A stretch of 64,000 nt of DNA from assembly GCA_035480055.1 (NCBI GenBank), contig DATIIB010000008.1:704-64703 (forward strand), read 5' to 3'. Within the stretch, counting starts at the first letter, position 1. The number at the start of each line of letters is the position of its first letter. The notes under the pieces were generated by a model, which was not told where the DNA came from, made no database searches, and saw only the letters and a list, made by a program, of their open reading frames with translations. The position numbers and the translations under genes were made by a program. Of this stretch, positions 15,993 through 24,410 are shown one piece after another. Source of the DNA: Candidatus Saccharimonadales bacterium. Lineage in GTDB: Bacteria; Patescibacteriota; Saccharimonadia; Saccharimonadales; DASZAF01.

Positions 15993-16619
15993 CTAGTAAT
16001 GCTTTGCATACATAATGTCTTCACCCGTGCGGGCATAGCTGTGCAACGCGTCCTCACCGAACCACAATTTGACCTCGTTGGCTGCTTCTTCAGGATTCTC
16101 ACTCGCGTGGAAAAGATTATGGATCGAACGCTTTTCGGCATTGGCAATTGCTGGGCTATCTACCGAAAAGTCCCCGCGAATCGTCCCGACATCTGCCTTA
16201 AACGGTAAAGTATGACCAGCCAGTTTGCGAACCATGTCGATTGCTTGAATACCTTCAACGACCATACAGAGCACAGGGCCAGAAGTCATGTACGCCACCA
16301 GGCTATCAGTCACCTCTTTGCCAAGCTGTGCTTTGTCATCAGAGCCAAGAATTTCTTTGGCAGTCACTTCCAGGTTATCAAAACCACTCAAGCTTTTCTC
16401 GCCCAAACGCTGCACCCATGCCTCGTCGCTCATTGGGTAGTGGCGGCGAACTAAGTCTTCATCGGCGCGAACCATCTTCATGGCGACAATCTTTAGACCA
16501 GCTTTTTCGATACGTTGAATAATATCACCAATCAGCCCACGCATGACGCCGTCAGGCTTGATCATGCAAAAGGTTCGTTGGAACTTAATGGTTTGGAGGG
16601 CGGGATGTAAATCACTCAT
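15993..16619 (-). CDS. ndk: nucleoside-diphosphate kinase, long form with internal insertion
   Basis: FCMIKPDGV, MTSGPVLCMVVEG, GTIRGDF, NLFHASEN (active-site His); 208 aa versus about 140-150 typical. Confidence 0.85.
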   Translation of the reverse strand: MSDLHPALQTIKFQRTFCMIKPDGVMRGLIGDIIQRIEKAGLKIVAMKMVRADEDLVRRHYPMSDEAWVQRLGEKSLSGFDNLEVTAKEILGSDDKAQLGKEVTDSLVAYMTSGPVLCMVVEGIQAIDMVRKLAGHTLPFKADVGTIRGDFSVDSPAIANAEKRSIHNLFHASENPEEAANEVKLWFGEDALHSYARTGEDIMYAKHY

Positions 16620-16696
16620 AAATAGGTTGTTCGTCCTTTTAATTCACCCCATTGTACCAGGGTGCGCCCAGAGAACAAAACGAGTATACTAAGCTT

Positions 16697-17614
16697 ATGG
16701 ATATATCTGAGCTTTTAATCGATTTTTTGGAATACCTAGAGATCGAAAAAAACCGCGCCCAAAAGACCAGCGAGAACTATCATCTCTATCTAATGCGCTT
16801 CCTGGAGTTTGCGGGTGACGTTCAAGCAGACCAGATTAACGATGAACTCATCCGCCGCTTTCGTCTCTGGCTCGCTCGTTACGAAAACGAACAACACGAT
16901 CAGCTTTCTAAGATTACGCAGAGCTACCATCTGATCGCCCTGCGACACTTTCTGCGGTATCTTGCCAAGCGCAACATTGCTTCTCTCTCACCTGATAAGA
17001 TTGAGCTACCATCGGTCAAGCGCAAACAAGTAACTTTTCTTGGCGATGATGAACTGGCGCGCTTATTTGCTCAGCCAAACCCTGAAACCGAAGCTGGCAA
17101 ACGCGATTTGGCCATTCTGCACCTCTTGTACTCTGGTGGACTGCGCGTTTCTGAGTTAGTTAATCTCAACCGCGATCATATTAACCTCAAGCGACGCGAA
17201 TTTATGGTCCGCGGAAAAGGTCAGAAAGACCGGCCGATCTTTATTAGCCCCGAAGCTGCCCAGCATTTAGAAGCCTACTTGGCTGCGCGAACCGATACTC
17301 TCCAACCGCTCTTTTTGCGTATGGCTGGCAGCGAGCGGATCGATCGATCAGGTGATTTTAAGCGGCTCACCGTCCGCAGCGTGCAGCGGCTCGTCGCGCA
17401 CTACGCCAAGCTGGCCGGGATTACCAAAAAAGTAAGCCCACACACCTTACGGCATTCTTTTGCGACTGGGCTAGTTTCGCGCGGAGCTGACCTGCGCAGC
17501 GTGCAAGCCATGCTTGGCCACAGCAATATTGCCACCACGCAGGTCTACACTCACGTCACCGATCCGCACCTTCGCAAGGTACATGAGACCTTCCACAAAG
17601 AGATCGGCGACTAG
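16697..17614 (+). CDS. tyrosine recombinase, XerC/XerD family
   Basis: N-terminal SAM-like domain, catalytic RVSEL..., HTLRHSFAT, LGHSNIATTQVYTHV; start set to MDISELL (16697). Confidence 0.85.
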   Translation: MDISELLIDFLEYLEIEKNRAQKTSENYHLYLMRFLEFAGDVQADQINDELIRRFRLWLARYENEQHDQLSKITQSYHLIALRHFLRYLAKRNIASLSPDKIELPSVKRKQVTFLGDDELARLFAQPNPETEAGKRDLAILHLLYSGGLRVSELVNLNRDHINLKRREFMVRGKGQKDRPIFISPEAAQHLEAYLAARTDTLQPLFLRMAGSERIDRSGDFKRLTVRSVQRLVAHYAKLAGITKKVSPHTLRHSFATGLVSRGADLRSVQAMLGHSNIATTQVYTHVTDPHLRKVHETFHKEIGD

Positions 17615-18687
17615 CGGACTACGCAGCCGTTCAGAGTTTCGTCAACGTCGGTTACTTCGAAACGCTTACAGATATTATCGCCTGATTCAACTGCAAATTC
17701 TGGCAGCAATGAGGTGTCGGTTGGCAAGCTGACTCGTGACTGCACCCGGCGGAAGACATCACCTGCCCGCCCTGTCACGTCTACAGCTACCTGAGCGTCT
17801 TGAGTGTTTACCACAGTTGCACCATTGAGGAGTTCAACTTTTACCTTGGTGCCATTTTGGTCGTATAGAGCCTTAAGCCGCAGATAGAGATAGTTGGTCC
17901 CAGGGTCGATGCCCGGATTTATGACAATCGTGGCCTGGCAGGCATAGCCACCAAAGACGCTCGTGTCTGTGGTACATTTGGTGTCCTGAGGTGCAGTATT
18001 GGCATCGAGATTATTAATAGGAAAATCGCCTGAGGATGAACTATTTGTTGGATCCAAGAAGCCGACTCGATTATTGGCATCAATCTGCGTCCGACCAAAA
18101 GTTCCAGACTTTGGGTATCCAAACATTTGCAGTCGAAGCATGGCCGGATAAGGGGTGCCTGTACCGTCTTTCCAACTCGCGTAGGTTGGATTCGGGCTGG
18201 AAGTTGACCGAATCGCTACTGGCGTGCCGTCTACTTGATCGGAAAGGTTGTGCCAACTGATCCGAATTTTGTTAAAGCTGGCGTCGCCCTGGCTACGAAT
18301 CGGCCATTGCATCGAGGTGCCATCTCCAGGGAGCGTTGCTTCGATGTCTTGTGGGTTGAGATCCATTAACATGCACGAATAGCCCACACTCAGGTTGCTT
18401 GAAATAGTCTTGGAATAACCCACTGGGGCGTCGCAAGTGTCAGCATTAAGCTTGGTGTGATCGGCTTGGTTGGGATAGTACTGCTGCAGCGCGCGTTTGG
18501 CGTCTTCCACGCCGGATTCAGCGGCGTAGTACGCTCTGGTGGTCAGGTCTTCGTCGGTAGACTGCCGTCGTTCGTTAATCATAATCCGTACAAACCCGAC
18601 GGTGAGCACCGTTACCAATACCGTAAAGAAGATTACCGTAAAAAGTGAGACCACGCCACTCTGTTGCTGCTTTTTATACCGCTTCAT
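17611..18687 (-). CDS. PilX-like pilus-associated protein (hydrophobic N-terminal helix, large beta-rich domain)
   Basis: SGVVSLFTVIFFTVLVTVLTVGFVRIMINERRQSTDEDLTTRAYYAAESGVEDAKRAL matches the PilX N-terminal pattern; last gene of the pilus locus. Confidence 0.6.
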   Translation of the reverse strand: MKRYKKQQQSGVVSLFTVIFFTVLVTVLTVGFVRIMINERRQSTDEDLTTRAYYAAESGVEDAKRALQQYYPNQADHTKLNADTCDAPVGYSKTISSNLSVGYSCMLMDLNPQDIEATLPGDGTSMQWPIRSQGDASFNKIRISWHNLSDQVDGTPVAIRSTSSPNPTYASWKDGTGTPYPAMLRLQMFGYPKSGTFGRTQIDANNRVGFLDPTNSSSSGDFPINNLDANTAPQDTKCTTDTSVFGGYACQATIVINPGIDPGTNYLYLRLKALYDQNGTKVKVELLNGATVVNTQDAQVAVDVTGRAGDVFRRVQSRVSLPTDTSLLPEFAVESGDNICKRFEVTDVDETLNGCVVR

Positions 18688-18695
18688 ACATTCCC

Positions 18696-19340
18696 CTATC
18701 TATTCCTTAGCCCAATGGTTTCTTGCAACGTGACATTCGAACAATATGCCGAGGTAATATTGCTCGCGATACAGGCATGCGTGACAGAATCAAGCAGGTT
18801 GGTTTGGTTGGTGTTAGCGGTGATCGAGACATTAAAGAGTCCCGAGATGCCTCCAACTTGTGGGGTGACTGTAAACGACTGAATGCCTATTCTCTCGGTG
18901 AACATACTGGTAGCCTGCCCGGTAAAGCTATATTGAGTAGGTCCAGCTGGGGGCTTTTGGCATGCCAGTCGCCCGGTGTCGTTGTCAATGCGGACCATAT
19001 TGATTTGCTGCCCGTTGACCGAAATAAGGTTGGCGGTTTGGCCAATCGTATTCCACACATAACTGTAGCTGCCAACGCAAAGGCGCCCATTGCTCACCAT
19101 GCTGTAGTCGATAAGACTCGGATCAGCCACAATGCGCATCTTGCTAGCGATATCGTCAATCAATAGACGCGTGCTCTGGTTGACATCTTTACGGGTGATT
19201 CCCCTGTTGTAGGTTCTAAAAAGCTGCAAAAACGCAGTTGTGACAAAGACCAGTACAAAACTAAAGACGGCCAATGCGAGCAGCAGTTCAACAATGGTGA
19301 AGCCTTTTTGTTTCGTAGCTTGAGAGGGTATGTGTGCCAT
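18696..19340 (-). CDS. type IV minor pilin (prepilin-type N-terminal cleavage/methylation domain)
   Basis: KQKG/FTIVELLLALAVF class III signal with Glu+5. Confidence 0.75.
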   Translation of the reverse strand: MAHIPSQATKQKGFTIVELLLALAVFSFVLVFVTTAFLQLFRTYNRGITRKDVNQSTRLLIDDIASKMRIVADPSLIDYSMVSNGRLCVGSYSYVWNTIGQTANLISVNGQQINMVRIDNDTGRLACQKPPAGPTQYSFTGQATSMFTERIGIQSFTVTPQVGGISGLFNVSITANTNQTNLLDSVTHACIASNITSAYCSNVTLQETIGLRNR

Positions 19341-19871
19341 TTAATTTGTCCCCAGTCGGACCACGAGTCCAATATTTTGAATCGCTGGCTCGCCGAGTGC
19401 CTGCCAACAACCCATGACATAAAAATCAATGTAGCCGCTCGAAGCGCTTGGCTGATATGCTTCTACCCAGTATTTGAGGTAGTTACTGGTAGTTGTGCCC
19501 GTAGTAACCGTCACCGGGTTGGTGCTGCCATTCAACCAGAAGGGATTGCTGCCGGAAGTTGGCGTACCGCCGCCCGAAGCACACACATTGGCGGCTGGCA
19601 AAGTGGTGGTAGCTTTCGCGGCGGCTGCGGTCCAGGCCGTTGCCATGGTCGCGCTGGTCCCTTTAAGATCTCGGAGACTCCTCAGAGCTTCTGCTTGCGC
19701 ACTAGTTAATTCTGCCGCTTGGGTGCGTTCAATTGAATTTTGGCCAATGCGCAAACCGCTATTCGTAGCCTGGTACGCCCCAGTGATAACCACCGAGATA
19801 ATAACAATCGCCAGCAATACTTCAATAATGGTGTCTCCTGCTTGATATGCGCGTCGCCAGGTACTCATCAC
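19341..19871 (-). CDS. type IV minor pilin-like protein with atypical +1 residue
   Basis: YQAG/DTIIEVLLAIVIISVVITG: Gly-1 and Glu+5 present, but Asp instead of Phe/Met at +1. Confidence 0.65.
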   Translation of the reverse strand: MMSTWRRAYQAGDTIIEVLLAIVIISVVITGAYQATNSGLRIGQNSIERTQAAELTSAQAEALRSLRDLKGTSATMATAWTAAAAKATTTLPAANVCASGGGTPTSGSNPFWLNGSTNPVTVTTGTTTSNYLKYWVEAYQPSASSGYIDFYVMGCWQALGEPAIQNIGLVVRLGTN

Positions 19872-20662
19872 TTCGTCCTCACACAGTCTGTTGCTGGGTT
19901 AAAGTTATTGCTCTCTAGCGCAAGATCCAGCGCATCGGTCCGTTGGTCATAGCCAAGTTTGATAATTCCCTTGTGCGAACCATCGTCCTTAAAGCAATAA
20001 CCTGCATTCTTGGCAATGTTACTACTGGTGATCGCACTACGAAACGTACCATCATTACCGGGAACAGTGCCGTCACTTATATCATTCATGGAAAAAGTAA
20101 GGCTGATGATTTTGCCAGTGCTAGGGCTTCTTAAGAAGGCAAAGGCCTGGCTCTGGCCCGCTGCTGGAACCGCTGCCGGCTGATAAAAGTTAATTCCCCA
20201 GCTAATAGGATAGGTTTCACTCGCCTGAGCGCTTAAAGTCGCGCCGCTATTCGCGAGGTCGGTCATGTCATCTCCGGTCAGCTGACTCGTTGCCAAACGA
20301 CGCCCCACTACATAGTATGAGTTGACCGTATTTGGACTGCCAGTATTAAACTTTACTAACCGCCCTAACAGCACGCAGCCGCTTTGATCGCCTGCAGTTG
20401 TTCCAGTGCCCGTGCCGAACGTTGGAGGCGTCCCCAGCGCGCCACTGCTGGTGCAGGTGGTGGTTATATCGCGGGGATTCGACCCAGTCGAAACCAATCC
20501 ATACTGCTTTTGCAAATAACTATCCAGGCCGCGCATAGAGTCGCTAAAACGCACGCTCCGAACCTGAGCCCCAGTGCCAAAAATGCCGATCAGAAAGAGG
20601 AGGCCGGTAATAGCCAAGAACAACATCACCTCGATCAGAGTAAAACCTGCTTGCCTGCGCAT
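19868..20662 (-). CDS. type IV minor pilin (prepilin-type N-terminal domain)
   Basis: MRRQAG/FTLIEVMLFLAITGLLF. Confidence 0.75.
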   Translation of the reverse strand: MRRQAGFTLIEVMLFLAITGLLFLIGIFGTGAQVRSVRFSDSMRGLDSYLQKQYGLVSTGSNPRDITTTCTSSGALGTPPTFGTGTGTTAGDQSGCVLLGRLVKFNTGSPNTVNSYYVVGRRLATSQLTGDDMTDLANSGATLSAQASETYPISWGINFYQPAAVPAAGQSQAFAFLRSPSTGKIISLTFSMNDISDGTVPGNDGTFRSAITSSNIAKNAGYCFKDDGSHKGIIKLGYDQRTDALDLALESNNFNPATDCVRTK

Positions 20663-20704
20663 TTGCGCTCATTATAGCATAAGCGGATTGCCAGCGGGAC
20701 AATT

Positions 20705-21493
20705 TTAGAGTCGTGTCGTCACGAAGTGGACAATGTGCTGACCAAAGAAAAAGCTCAAAACAAAACTCATTAATAAGAAAGGTCCGAAGGCGACCTTGCT
20801 GCGTCTATGCACCTTTCCGGCCACCATCAAGGGCACAATAATCAGAGCCGCAATGTAATATGACCCGAGCAAGGCAATCAACGATAACTGAGAGCCCAGC
20901 ACAATTCCCATAAAGACACCGAGCTTTACGTCGCCTAGTCCCAGCCAGCGCCCTTTCGAAACCAAATATAAGAACCCAAAGAATCCCGAAAAAACCGCGA
21001 TTCCACCCCCTGCATCGGCAATAGCGGCTATCCCCTCTTTGCCCAGCCAGACCTGACAGATCAAGGTATACGCAACTGCCAGCCAGATGAGCGTAAATAC
21101 AATCTTGTCCGGCAACAGTTGCCAATGCAGATCGTACAAAAAAAGCATCACGATACCGACCACAAAGATCAGCCAGAAACCAAAGCTTAGCCACTGCACT
21201 CCGGTCAGCAGCGCAACCGGCCACCATAGATATGAAGCTGCAAAAAGGAGGCCGGACAGTAGCTCTACCAAGAAATGCTGCACCGACAGTTTGGTATGAC
21301 AGTAGCGACACCGTCCGCGGAGCCATAGCCAACTGAAAATCGGCACCAGATCTGTTGCGCCAAGGACATGATGGCAATGCTCACATTCGGACCGTTCGGT
21401 CACAAAGTCGCGATGCGCGTGCAGCCGCCACACCACTGCATTGGCGAAGCTGCCCATGGCTGCTCCAAGGATAAATAAGAAGAGAAGTATCAT
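20705..21493 (-). CDS. pilD: prepilin peptidase / N-methyltransferase (A24 family)
   Basis: Cys-rich CEHCHH...CRYCHTKL region, multi-TM, GLGDVKL aspartyl motif. Confidence 0.9.
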   Translation of the reverse strand: MILLFLFILGAAMGSFANAVVWRLHAHRDFVTERSECEHCHHVLGATDLVPIFSWLWLRGRCRYCHTKLSVQHFLVELLSGLLFAASYLWWPVALLTGVQWLSFGFWLIFVVGIVMLFLYDLHWQLLPDKIVFTLIWLAVAYTLICQVWLGKEGIAAIADAGGGIAVFSGFFGFLYLVSKGRWLGLGDVKLGVFMGIVLGSQLSLIALLGSYYIAALIIVPLMVAGKVHRRSKVAFGPFLLMSFVLSFFFGQHIVHFVTTRL

Positions 21494-21570
21494 TGCGCTC
21501 TCATTTTACCATAAGCAAATCGCGCATCCGGATGAATGCGCGATAAGCAGGTTAAGCGTTACCGATCGAA

Positions 21571-22032
21571 CTATTGGTTACTGCGACAATACAGACCGTT
21601 CTCAAGTTTCATGACAATCGCGATGTTGCGAGACGTCGCACCGGTAGTTGTAGTGGCGGAGCCGTTACAAATGGTACCAGTTGCGTAGTAGACGTCACCC
21701 TGCGCAGTTGGAGGGTTAGGCACTGTGTTCGAGAAGTTATAAGCCGCACCAGTTGATGGGTCGGTCATTGTACCCGCGTAGGTAGTGAGCGCTGTTCCTG
21801 CTGAAGCACCGTCAGCTGGATAGCTACCGTTGTTACTTGAAGCGTAGCTTTCAAAACCAGCGAGCATACGACCAGCATCGTTACGACGTTGTGTGTCGCG
21901 ACGGCTCTTCTGAAGTTGAGGCAGAGCCAGGAAGACGATCAAGAAGATCAACCCTGCAATAGCAAGCACCAGCACAACTTCGATGATGGTGAAGCCTTTT
22001 TGTTTCCTTAGAGCGTTTGTTGTCATATCCAC
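21571..22032 (-). CDS. pilA: major type IV pilin
   Basis: RKQKG/FTIIEVVLVLAIAGLIFLIVFLALPQL; C-terminal Cys pair (ICNG...YCRS); strong SD AAAGGGTGGA. Confidence 0.8.
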   Translation of the reverse strand: MDMTTNALRKQKGFTIIEVVLVLAIAGLIFLIVFLALPQLQKSRRDTQRRNDAGRMLAGFESYASSNNGSYPADGASAGTALTTYAGTMTDPSTGAAYNFSNTVPNPPTAQGDVYYATGTICNGSATTTTGATSRNIAIVMKLENGLYCRSNQ

Positions 22033-22110
22033 CCTTTCTTTATATCTTTGGTAAACGCTTATGCTTGGAATATATCATTTCCCAACTACCTTTGGCAAGT
22101 ACTTTTGCTG

Positions 22111-23328
22111 CTAGATTGCCAGGTTCTGGCCCACGAGTCCGTAAACCGGCAGCAAGACTGCGCCCACCAACAGACCAGCGACCAAAGCCAACACAACCAT
22201 CAGCGCCGGCTCAATAATGGTCGAGATCGATTTAATGGTGTTGTCCAGTTCGTTCTCGTAAAAAGTGGCCGCCTTGCCCATCATGGCGTCAATCTTACCA
22301 GACTGTTCACCAATGTTGATCATCTGTGGAACCAGAGGCAAAAAGTTAGGATCACCGCTAATTGTGTCCGAAAGCGCTTTACCGCCCTTCACCTTCTCTG
22401 CAGCTCGCGTAATTGAAGCATTTACTTGCACATTGTCGACCGCCCGGCCCGTAATGCGCAGCATTTCAAGCATTGGCACGCCACTTGCCATCAAACTCTG
22501 TCCAGTACGGCAAAAACGCGCCATATAGAGCTTCATAAACAGTGGCCCAAAGAGTGGCAGACTAATCTTGAGCTTATCAAAGGTCGCACGACCACCTTCT
22601 GTCTTGCGATATCGACTGAGGAAGTAAATACCCGCGATGGTCAGAATGATGATCAGCCACCAGAAGTGGATAAGAAACTTCGAAAAGCTCAGCATTATGG
22701 CAGTGATGAATGGCAGAGAGCGATGCAAATCCTTGTAAAGCTGCTCCACTTGTGGCAGCACCGAGGTGAGCATAAAGATGATAACGCCGCCGATCACCAC
22801 CAGCACAATAGCCGGATAGACCATTGCGCCACGAACCTTGCTGATCATTTCGGCGTCTTTTTCTTGCTGAGTCGCAATCCGCTCCAAAGCTTCGTCCAGC
22901 GTTCCAGAGACTTCACCAGCAGCCACCAGCGCGATATAAACATCATTGAAGATCTTGGGATGCTTGGCCAGCGCAGCTGACAGGCTACTCCCCCCTTCCA
23001 CAGTACTAATAATGTTGTTGATTATCAGGGCAAGCGGCTTACTTTCCGTCTGTGAAGCAACCGTCCGAAGACTCTGTGTCAGCGGTAGGCCAGCATTAAT
23101 CAGGGTCGATAGCTGTCGCGTAAAGATGATTCGATCTTTGGCCTTAATGCGATTCTTGAAGGAGCCTAGAATGCTCCCCCCTTCTTCGTTCTTGACCGTG
23201 ATCTTGATGGGCACAATGCCTTGGGCTAACAATAGCTTGGCAGCGGCACTCTCGGATTCGGCTTGAATCGTTGATTTTACCTGTTTATTTGTGGCGCTGT
23301 CGCGAGCGGTGTATTCAAAAGTGAGCAT
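22111..23328 (-). CDS. pilC: type IV pilus platform protein (GspF/PilC family)
   Basis: Duplicated T2SS-F domains, three TM segments. Confidence 0.9.
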   Translation of the reverse strand: MLTFEYTARDSATNKQVKSTIQAESESAAAKLLLAQGIVPIKITVKNEEGGSILGSFKNRIKAKDRIIFTRQLSTLINAGLPLTQSLRTVASQTESKPLALIINNIISTVEGGSSLSAALAKHPKIFNDVYIALVAAGEVSGTLDEALERIATQQEKDAEMISKVRGAMVYPAIVLVVIGGVIIFMLTSVLPQVEQLYKDLHRSLPFITAIMLSFSKFLIHFWWLIIILTIAGIYFLSRYRKTEGGRATFDKLKISLPLFGPLFMKLYMARFCRTGQSLMASGVPMLEMLRITGRAVDNVQVNASITRAAEKVKGGKALSDTISGDPNFLPLVPQMINIGEQSGKIDAMMGKAATFYENELDNTIKSISTIIEPALMVVLALVAGLLVGAVLLPVYGLVGQNLAI

Positions 23329-23329
23329 C

Positions 23330-24397
23330 TTATCCTCTCATCATCCTCTCGAACTCATCCAGATCTACCGCAAAGTTGCGAGCCTCGTCGTAGGTGATAG
23401 TTCCAGCTTGCACGAGTCCAACCAAGGTCTTGTCCATGGATTGCATGCCAATGTCACCACCGGTCTGGATCACCGCATCAAGTTGGTGCGCTTTGCCTTC
23501 ACGGATAATGTTACGAACCGCTGGCGTTGCCATCAGGATTTCGGCAGCGGCGATACGCCCTCCGCCGATTGCGGGCACCAGGCGCTGCGAGCAGATCGCC
23601 ATCAGAATATTAGCCAGCTGTGCGCGAATCTGAGGCTGCTGGTGCGGTGGGAAGACATCGATCATACGGTCAATCGACTGTGCGGCGCTGTTGGTGTGTA
23701 GGGTGGCAAAAACCAGGTGGCCTGTTTCCGCAATCGTAATCGCGGCAGCAATCGTTTCAAGGTCACGCATTTCACCAATCAATACCACGTCAGGGTCTTG
23801 GCGCAAACTCGAACGCAGTGCGGCCGAGAATGAGTACGTGTCATAGTGCACTTCACGCTGCACCACCACAGAATGCTTGGATTTGTGCGTAAACTCAATC
23901 GGGTCTTCGATGGTGATAATATGATTGGCTTTCTCGGTGTTGATCTTGTCGATCAAGGCCGCCAAAGTGGTCGACTTGCCTGAACCTGTTGGGCCAGTTA
24001 CCAAGACGAGTCCGCGAGGATAAGCAGTAAACCCATTAACCACTGCGGGCATGCCCAATTCCTCGACAGTTTTAATCTCGTTGGGGATCAGTCGTAATGC
24101 TGCAGCCAGGTTGCCGCGCTCGTGGAATGCGTTCACTCGGAAGCGAGCCAGGTCGCCAAAGGCAAATGAGAAGTCGAATTCTTTATCTTTAAGGAGAATC
24201 TGGCGTTGGTCGTCGTCCAGAATCGAGAAGATCAGTTGCTCAACCAACTCCTCGTTCAGGACGTCGTAATCGCCAAGTGGCAACAACTTTCCATCAACAC
24301 GCAGCATTGGCGGCAAGCCAATTTGCAAGTGAAGGTCTGACGCCTTGCGGCGAATAACCTCTTCGAGTAACAGTTCTATGCGGAGTTCTTGTTTCAT
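23330..24397 (-). CDS. pilT: twitching-motility retraction ATPase
   Basis: GPTGSGKSTT Walker A, ITIEDPIE, GEMRD, TGHLVFATLHT; start set to MKQELRIE (24397) behind AGGGTAGGGA SD. Confidence 0.9.
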   Translation of the reverse strand: MKQELRIELLLEEVIRRKASDLHLQIGLPPMLRVDGKLLPLGDYDVLNEELVEQLIFSILDDDQRQILLKDKEFDFSFAFGDLARFRVNAFHERGNLAAALRLIPNEIKTVEELGMPAVVNGFTAYPRGLVLVTGPTGSGKSTTLAALIDKINTEKANHIITIEDPIEFTHKSKHSVVVQREVHYDTYSFSAALRSSLRQDPDVVLIGEMRDLETIAAAITIAETGHLVFATLHTNSAAQSIDRMIDVFPPHQQPQIRAQLANILMAICSQRLVPAIGGGRIAAAEILMATPAVRNIIREGKAHQLDAVIQTGGDIGMQSMDKTLVGLVQAGTITYDEARNFAVDLDEFERMMRG

Positions 24398-24410
24398 TAT
24401 TTCCCTACCC

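Noticed and set aside
16697-17614. Tyrosine recombinase as a marker of an integrated mobile element
   Set aside because: Its domain layout and catalytic residues fit chromosomal XerC/XerD. No flanking repeats, phage or transposon genes are present. Its neighbours are ndk and the pilus locus.
20805-21377. 190-aa minus-strand ORF inside pilD
   Set aside because: It is out of frame within the prepilin peptidase gene. Its translation is Arg/Cys/Ala-rich with no motif.
22093-22109. Sigma-54-like TGGCAA-N5-TTTGCT near pilA
   Set aside because: It lies on the plus strand pointing away from pilA (a minus-strand gene). The GG-to-GC spacing is one nt too long. No sigma-54 or enhancer-binding protein evidence is present in the window.
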